Origin: Polyangiaceae bacterium
GTDB lineage: Bacteria > Myxococcota_A > Polyangia > Polyangiales > Polyangiaceae
Assembly (NCBI GenBank): GCA_044222475.1
Contig: JBGANF010000099.1
Coordinates: 1-30,643, forward strand
Length of the DNA: 30,643 nt
Direction: 5' to 3'
The first letter of the stretch is position 1. Each line of letters starts with the position of its first letter. The notes beneath the pieces were generated by a model, which searched no databases, was not told the DNA's origin, and saw only the letters and a program-made list of their open reading frames with translations. The translations under genes and the position numbers were made by a program. Shown here piece by piece: positions 25,809 through 30,643 of this stretch.

Positions 25809-26705
25809 GTGCGTGCGCTCGCCAGCATCCTCGTCGCTTCGATGGCATTCGGTTGCTCGACCGAGCAGGCGCCGGCTCCGCCCGACCCGTCCACGCACAC
25901 GTTCGGCGGCGCGCGGCCGGTGCCGATCGTGCGCGCGCCGGACAAGTACGATCGCAGCAAGCCCGTGTCGCTCGTGCTCATGCTCCACGGCTACGGCTCG
26001 GACGCGCTCCAGACGAACGTGCTCTTTGGTCTGCAGTACGTCGTCGACGACGAGAACCTGCTCCTCGCGATCCCGGAGGGCACCGTCGATCCGACCGGCA
26101 AGAAGTTCTGGAACGTCGGCGAGGCGTGCTGCGACTTCGGCAAGAGCGGCATCGACGACGTGAAGTACCTCCTCGATCTCGTGAAGGAGCTCCGCCAGTG
26201 GTACGCGGTCGATCCGAAGCGCATCTACGTCGTCGGGGTCTCCAACGGCGGCTTCATGGCGCTGCGGCTCGGGTGCGAAGCGTCCGACGTGTTCGCCGGC
26301 GTCGTGAGCTACGCCGGCGCGGGCCCGCTCGACGCGTCGAAGTGCGCGCCGACGGCCCCGGTGGCGATCCTCCAGATCCACGGCACCGCCGACACGACCG
26401 TTCCGTACGGCGGCGGAACGCTCTCCGTCGGCAGCGGCATCGTCGTCCCGTCGGCGATGAAGACCACGGCCGACTGGGCCGCTCGCAACGGCTGCGGAGC
26501 ATCGCCGGACGCGTCGGCCCCGCCGATCGACTTCGACTCGGACCAGCCCGGCGCCGAAACGAAGGTCACCAGCTGGACCGGCTGCACGGCGAACGGCGCG
26601 ACGCGCCTCCTCTCGATCGAAGGCAGCCCTCACGTGTCGCTCGGCATCACGAAGAATTTCCCCAGCGTCGCGTTGGGGTTCCTGAAAGATCACGCGAAAC
26701 CCTGA
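25809..26705 (+). CDS. PHB-depolymerase/LpqC-like alpha/beta-hydrolase lipoprotein
   Basis: Lipobox AFGC; LMLHGYG, WNVGEACC, IDDVKYL, GVSNGG nucleophile elbow, IHGTADTTV, late His. Start GTG 25809, with ATG 25782 as an alternative. Confidence 0.88.
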   Translation: MRALASILVASMAFGCSTEQAPAPPDPSTHTFGGARPVPIVRAPDKYDRSKPVSLVLMLHGYGSDALQTNVLFGLQYVVDDENLLLAIPEGTVDPTGKKFWNVGEACCDFGKSGIDDVKYLLDLVKELRQWYAVDPKRIYVVGVSNGGFMALRLGCEASDVFAGVVSYAGAGPLDASKCAPTAPVAILQIHGTADTTVPYGGGTLSVGSGIVVPSAMKTTADWAARNGCGASPDASAPPIDFDSDQPGAETKVTSWTGCTANGATRLLSIEGSPHVSLGITKNFPSVALGFLKDHAKP

Positions 26706-26710
26706 CCTCC

Positions 26711-27658
26711 ATGCGCCTTGCCGCCCTCAGCGTCGACCTCGACGAGATCCCGAACTACTACGCGATCCACGGGTTCGATCCGAACGCGCCCGAGTACGCC
26801 GCCGGCAAGACCGCGGTGTACGACGTCGCCGTCGATCGACTGCTCGCCTTCGCCGACGAAGAGGAGGTGCCGCTCACGCTCTTCGCGATCGGTCAGGACC
26901 TCACTCGCCCGGCCGCTGCGGCGAAGCTCCGCGAAGCCGTCTTCCGCGGGCACGAGATCGCGAACCACACGCTCGACCACCGCTACGATCTGACGCGCCT
27001 CGGCAAGAAGGAGATCGAGACGCAGATCCTCGGCGGCGTCGATGCCATCGCGGTCGCGACCGGCAAGGTGCCGACCGGCTTCCGCGCACCGGGCTACACC
27101 ATCACCGACGAGGTGATGGAGATCCTTCTCGAGAACGACGTCGCGTACGACTCGTCGGTCTTCCCGTGCCCGGCGTACTACGCCGCGAAGACCGCCGCGA
27201 TCGGGCTCTACGCCGCGCAAGGTCGAACGAGCCGATCCATCGTCGACACGCCGAGCGTGCTGGGTGCGCCGACGCGACCCTACTTCGTCGGGCGCCCCTA
27301 CTACCGTCGCGGCGATGGCATGAGCGCCGGCCGCTCCGCGCCGCTCGTCGAGCTCCCGATCCAAGTGACGCCGAGGTTCCGCCTCCCGTTCTACGGAACG
27401 GCGATCACGCTCGCCGGCCCTGACGGCGCGACCCGGCTCGCGAAGATGTGCGTCGGCGAGCCGCTCATCAACATCGAGCTCCACGGCATCGACGTCCTCG
27501 ACGAGTTTGACGGGCTGGCTCCGCTCAGGCCGCACCAGATGGACGTGCGCGTCGTGAAGCAGCGCAAGCTCGCTGCGCTGAAGGCGGTCGTCCAAACGCT
27601 CCGCGGCGAGGGGTACACCTTCGTGCGCCTCGACGAGGCGGCGAAGCGGTTCGTTTGA
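26711..27658 (+). CDS. Polysaccharide deacetylase family (CE4-like) protein
   Basis: LSVDLD, TLFAIG, GHEIANHTLDH, GFRAPGY, YDSSVFP, ELPI, ELHGID. Confidence 0.9.
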   Translation: MRLAALSVDLDEIPNYYAIHGFDPNAPEYAAGKTAVYDVAVDRLLAFADEEEVPLTLFAIGQDLTRPAAAAKLREAVFRGHEIANHTLDHRYDLTRLGKKEIETQILGGVDAIAVATGKVPTGFRAPGYTITDEVMEILLENDVAYDSSVFPCPAYYAAKTAAIGLYAAQGRTSRSIVDTPSVLGAPTRPYFVGRPYYRRGDGMSAGRSAPLVELPIQVTPRFRLPFYGTAITLAGPDGATRLAKMCVGEPLINIELHGIDVLDEFDGLAPLRPHQMDVRVVKQRKLAALKAVVQTLRGEGYTFVRLDEAAKRFV

Positions 27659-27663
27659 AACGA
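27651..27663. repeat. Palindrome copy 5, TCGTTTGAAACGA
   Basis: Overlaps the deacetylase TGA stop at a convergent gene junction; extends to TTCGTTTGAAACGAA. Confidence 0.85.
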
Positions 27664-27668
27664 AGAGG

Positions 27669-28586
27669 CTAGAAGACCTCCAGTGTGCCGGCGTCCTTTT
27701 TCCCGAGCGGGAGCGTGGGGGCGGCGCCCGCGTCCTTCGCGGCGGGGCCAGCCTTGGGCTTGTAGGTCCCCTTCATGAACTGCTCGAGCACCGGCGCGAT
27801 GTTCTCGGCGGTGTTGTCGGTCCACTCGTCGGCGCTGATGGCGCCGACGAGCTTCATCGCGTCGTTGAAGCGGTAGAACCAAGGCACGCCCTTGTTGTCC
27901 ATGCCGAGGCCGGGGAGGTCGGCCTTCCACTCCATCACGTCGACGCGAACGATGGTCGTGTCCTTGAGCGCCTTCTGGAGCTCGGGCGAGTTGAGCTCGC
28001 CGAACAGCTCGTCGCACGCGGCGCACGTCGGCGACACGGCGACGACGAGGAGCTTCACGCCATCGTCCTTGGCTTCGCCCATCTCGAGCGCGATCGCGGA
28101 GTGCAGCGTGTTGCCGCCCGAGCGGTGGAGATCGTGCACCGAGACGGTCCCCATCACCGGCGAGACCGGCGGGAGACTGGTCGCCGAAGCGGTCGCGGTC
28201 GCGGTGCTGGTGCCGTACGGCGAGTAGGTCGGCGTCGGCGGGATGTAGGGCGGCGGCGCGGGCGTGGGAGCGGCTGCGACCGCGGCGAAGATGCCGATGT
28301 AGAAGATGAAGTAGAGGATGGTGCCCACGACGGCGATGCCGCCGGTGACGATGCCGCCGATGGCCATGCCTTCGCCGCCGAGCGCGCCTTGCGACTTCGC
28401 GATGTCGCGCCGGGAGAGGACGCCGAGGATGATCGCCGGGATGCCCGTGAGGATCCCGAAGCAGCACACGATGCTGAGGATGCCGAGGACCAGCGAGATG
28501 ACGGCCTTCGAGTCGTTCCCGCTCGGGTACACGCCGCCCGGGTAGGCGGTGTTCGGTGGCCTCGGGGGATACGCGTACGGAGACAT
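27669..28586 (-). CDS. DUF4190 membrane domain fused to a thioredoxin-like domain
   Basis: AVISLVLGILS..IPAIILG..R.I....G.GMAIGGIVTG (DUF4190 pattern), Pro/Thr linker, CAAC and GVP (thioredoxin fold). Start at ATG 28586. Confidence 0.82.
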   Translation of the reverse strand: MSPYAYPPRPPNTAYPGGVYPSGNDSKAVISLVLGILSIVCCFGILTGIPAIILGVLSRRDIAKSQGALGGEGMAIGGIVTGGIAVVGTILYFIFYIGIFAAVAAAPTPAPPPYIPPTPTYSPYGTSTATATASATSLPPVSPVMGTVSVHDLHRSGGNTLHSAIALEMGEAKDDGVKLLVVAVSPTCAACDELFGELNSPELQKALKDTTIVRVDVMEWKADLPGLGMDNKGVPWFYRFNDAMKLVGAISADEWTDNTAENIAPVLEQFMKGTYKPKAGPAAKDAGAAPTLPLGKKDAGTLEVF

Positions 28587-28602
28587 CGGCGGCTTCTCTA
28601 TA

Positions 28603-29382
28603 TCACTCGCGGACGCGGGGCACGACGTCGAGCGCGACGCCGGACTGGCGGAAAAAGTGCTTCGCGACGTCGCTGTCGCCATAGGCGAGCTCTTCGGGCG
28701 TGCCGCGAGCCACGATCTCCCCGCGGATCAGGAGGATCGCCTGGTGCGCGACCCGGAAGCAGCTCGCGATGTCGTGCGAGATGACGATGCTGGTCACGTT
28801 GAAGCGCTCGCGCATCTCGTCGATCATGTCGTCGACGACGCGGCTCGTCAGCGGGTCGAGGCCGCTGGTCGGCTCGTCGTAGACGAGGATCGGCGGCTCG
28901 AGCATGAGCGCGCGCGCGAGGCCGACGCGCTTGCGCATGCCGCCCGAGAGCTCGGCGGGGAACTTGCGGATGACGCCGGGATCGAGGCCGAGCAGTCGCA
29001 GCTTCTCGACGACCTTGGCCTCGATGTCCTTGGCCGAGAGGCTCGTGTGCTCGACGAGCGGGAACGCGACGTTCTCGAGCACGCTGCACGAGTCGAGGAG
29101 GGCGGCGTACTGGTAGACCATCCCGAACTTCTTCCGCACCTCGTTGAGCTGGCGATCCTTCATCTTCACGATGTCTTCGCCTTCGACGAGGATCTTGCCG
29201 CTCGTCGGCCGTTCGAGCGCGACGATGTGACGGAGGAGCGTGGTCTTGCCGGCGCCCGACCCACCGATGATGACGGTCGTCTCGCCGCGCTTGCAGACGA
29301 GGCTCACGCCCTTGAGGACGAGCTCTTCGCCGAACTCCTTTTTGACGTCTTCGAGGACGACGATTTCGTCGGTGGTGGCCAT
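28603..29382 (-). CDS. ABC transporter ATP-binding protein, MlaF/Mkl-like
   Basis: GGSGAGKT, VYQYAALLDS, LSGGMRKRVGLARAL, YDEPTSGLDP, ISHD. Confidence 0.93.
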   Translation of the reverse strand: MATTDEIVVLEDVKKEFGEELVLKGVSLVCKRGETTVIIGGSGAGKTTLLRHIVALERPTSGKILVEGEDIVKMKDRQLNEVRKKFGMVYQYAALLDSCSVLENVAFPLVEHTSLSAKDIEAKVVEKLRLLGLDPGVIRKFPAELSGGMRKRVGLARALMLEPPILVYDEPTSGLDPLTSRVVDDMIDEMRERFNVTSIVISHDIASCFRVAHQAILLIRGEIVARGTPEELAYGDSDVAKHFFRQSGVALDVVPRVRE

Positions 29383-29432
29383 TTCCTCTTCCGTGGAAGT
29401 GTGTCACATCGAAGACGCCCTGGGAGAACTCG

Positions 29433-29717
29433 ATGAATCAGGAACACCTCGACGCCATTTTCAAGACCCTCGAGCTGAAGCCGGCCGGAGCCGATGGCTG
29501 GCGCGTGTCGCCCGAGGGGCTTCTGCTCACGTTCCACATCGCCCACGCCGGCGCCGCCATGAGCGCGCCCCGCGTCGAGGCGGTCAAGGTCGATGGACCG
29601 CTGCTGTGGACGCGCACGTCGAAGAAGGAGATCAACGTCTTCGCCCGCGAGGACGTGTTCGCCGTGGCGACCGACGGGGGCGCGGCCCAGCCGGCTCGTC
29701 GCCCCGGCTTCGGTTGA
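29433..29717 (+). CDS. Hypothetical protein (94 aa)
   Basis: GGGAG RBS-like sequence, genome-typical codons, fills the gap before the acyltransferase. Confidence 0.75.
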   Translation: MNQEHLDAIFKTLELKPAGADGWRVSPEGLLLTFHIAHAGAAMSAPRVEAVKVDGPLLWTRTSKKEINVFAREDVFAVATDGGAAQPARRPGFG

Positions 29718-29718
29718 G

Positions 29719-30612
29719 GTGATCGGGGAAGCGCCCGGCGCGCTCCGGTTCGTGGCGAGCGCCGCGGGCGCGCTGCCGTGGTCCGATCTGCCGGTGTTCG
29801 GGCGCGCGCTCGGGGCGTTCGTCGGGGACGTCCTTCGCGTGCGGCGCGCCCACGTCGAGGCGGCGATGACGGCGGCCGGGATTCCCCAGCCCGAGGTCGA
29901 GGCGGCGGCGATGTACCGCGGTCTCGGGACGAGCTTCGCGGAGCTGCTCTGGCTCGGCGGCCCTGTGCGCGACTTGACCGAGGTGGTCGAGATCGAGGCG
30001 GGGACACGGGCGACGTGGCGAGAGCACGCGGCGCGCGGTCGCGGGCTCGTGGTCGCGGCGTCGCACACCGGCAACTGGGACCTCGCTGCGGTGGCGACGG
30101 CTCGGCTGCTCGATCCGCTGACGGTGATCACGAAGCGGCTCTCGCTCGGTGCGGTCGACGCGCTGTGGCAGTGGACCCGAAGACGCTACGGCGTGACCCT
30201 CGTGCCGGCCGTCGGCGCCCTGCGCAGCGCGCAGGGCGTCGTCGAAGGTGGCGGAGCGGTGGCGATGATGATCGATCAGGTGCCGGCGACGCGGGCGCAC
30301 GCGACCGCGTGTACCTTTTTGGGACAAGAGGCCTGGGTCGACCGGGCCCCTGCGGTCCTCGCGGCGCGCACCGGGGCGTCGCTCCTGGTGACGGCGTCCG
30401 AGCGCATCGAGGGCCGGAGGCAGCGGCTCTCGATCCTGCACGCGGAGGTGCCGCCCCCGGACGCAGGGCTTGCGTGGGCCACCGAGGCGACGGTGCGCGC
30501 CACCGAGGCGCTGGATCGCTTCGTCCGCCGACGCCCGAGCGAGTGGCTCTGGATGCACCGCCGGTGGAAGGATCCGGGGCGCCCCTTGCCGACACCGAGA
30601 TCCCTGCGCTAA
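29719..30612 (+). CDS. Lipid A biosynthesis lauroyl/lysophospholipid acyltransferase (LpxL family)
   Basis: SHTGNWD, MMIDQ, FLG, LDRFVRRRPSEWLWMHRRWK. GTG start 2 nt after the upstream stop. Confidence 0.88.
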   Translation: MIGEAPGALRFVASAAGALPWSDLPVFGRALGAFVGDVLRVRRAHVEAAMTAAGIPQPEVEAAAMYRGLGTSFAELLWLGGPVRDLTEVVEIEAGTRATWREHAARGRGLVVAASHTGNWDLAAVATARLLDPLTVITKRLSLGAVDALWQWTRRRYGVTLVPAVGALRSAQGVVEGGGAVAMMIDQVPATRAHATACTFLGQEAWVDRAPAVLAARTGASLLVTASERIEGRRQRLSILHAEVPPPDAGLAWATEATVRATEALDRFVRRRPSEWLWMHRRWKDPGRPLPTPRSLR

Positions 30613-30643
30613 GCCGTGCGCATGGAAGATCCGCTCGTCCTCG

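Noticed and set aside
23392..27663. Canonical parS or dif sites
   Set aside because: parS has a CACGTG core between the GTTT/AAAC arms (16 bp); here the centre is a single base. There is no 28-bp XerC/XerD structure.
30622..30643. Start of a next gene (MEDPLVL.., reminiscent of a ThiG N-terminus)
   Set aside because: Only 7 codons are visible, too few to support a call.

Overview
High-GC bacterial chromosome segment (roughly 70% GC by eye), most likely Myxococcota of the Polyangiaceae/Labilithrix type. That assignment is inferred from the gene content: a eukaryotic-like Ser/Thr kinase, PEGA/TPR proteins, many lipoproteins and a CglF-like peptide. It is densely coding core genome: tRNA-Leu(CAG), glnD, truB, pyruvate kinase, a PiT/DUF47/metallophosphatase phosphate cluster, gatCA, rpsB-tsf with its t44 leader, an MlaF-like ATPase and an LpxL-type acyltransferase, plus many envelope proteins. 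I saw no integrase, transposase or CRISPR array. The most unusual signal is a 13-bp AT-rich palindrome, TCGTTTNAAACGA, present five times within 23.4-27.7 kb: in the rpsB leader, right after tsf, twice in tandem before an esterase gene, and over a deacetylase stop. Two of the copies bracket an orphan ORF that sits where pyrH-frr usually follows tsf. Other signals: many genes have a -10 hexamer 6-8 nt before the start codon and no Shine-Dalgarno (leaderless-type starts); a six-gene co-oriented envelope run (two OmpA, two Zn-ribbon membrane proteins, a CglF-like peptide, a degenerate PP2C); and a lipoprotein cytochrome P460. All calls come from motif recognition only; no database searches were run.
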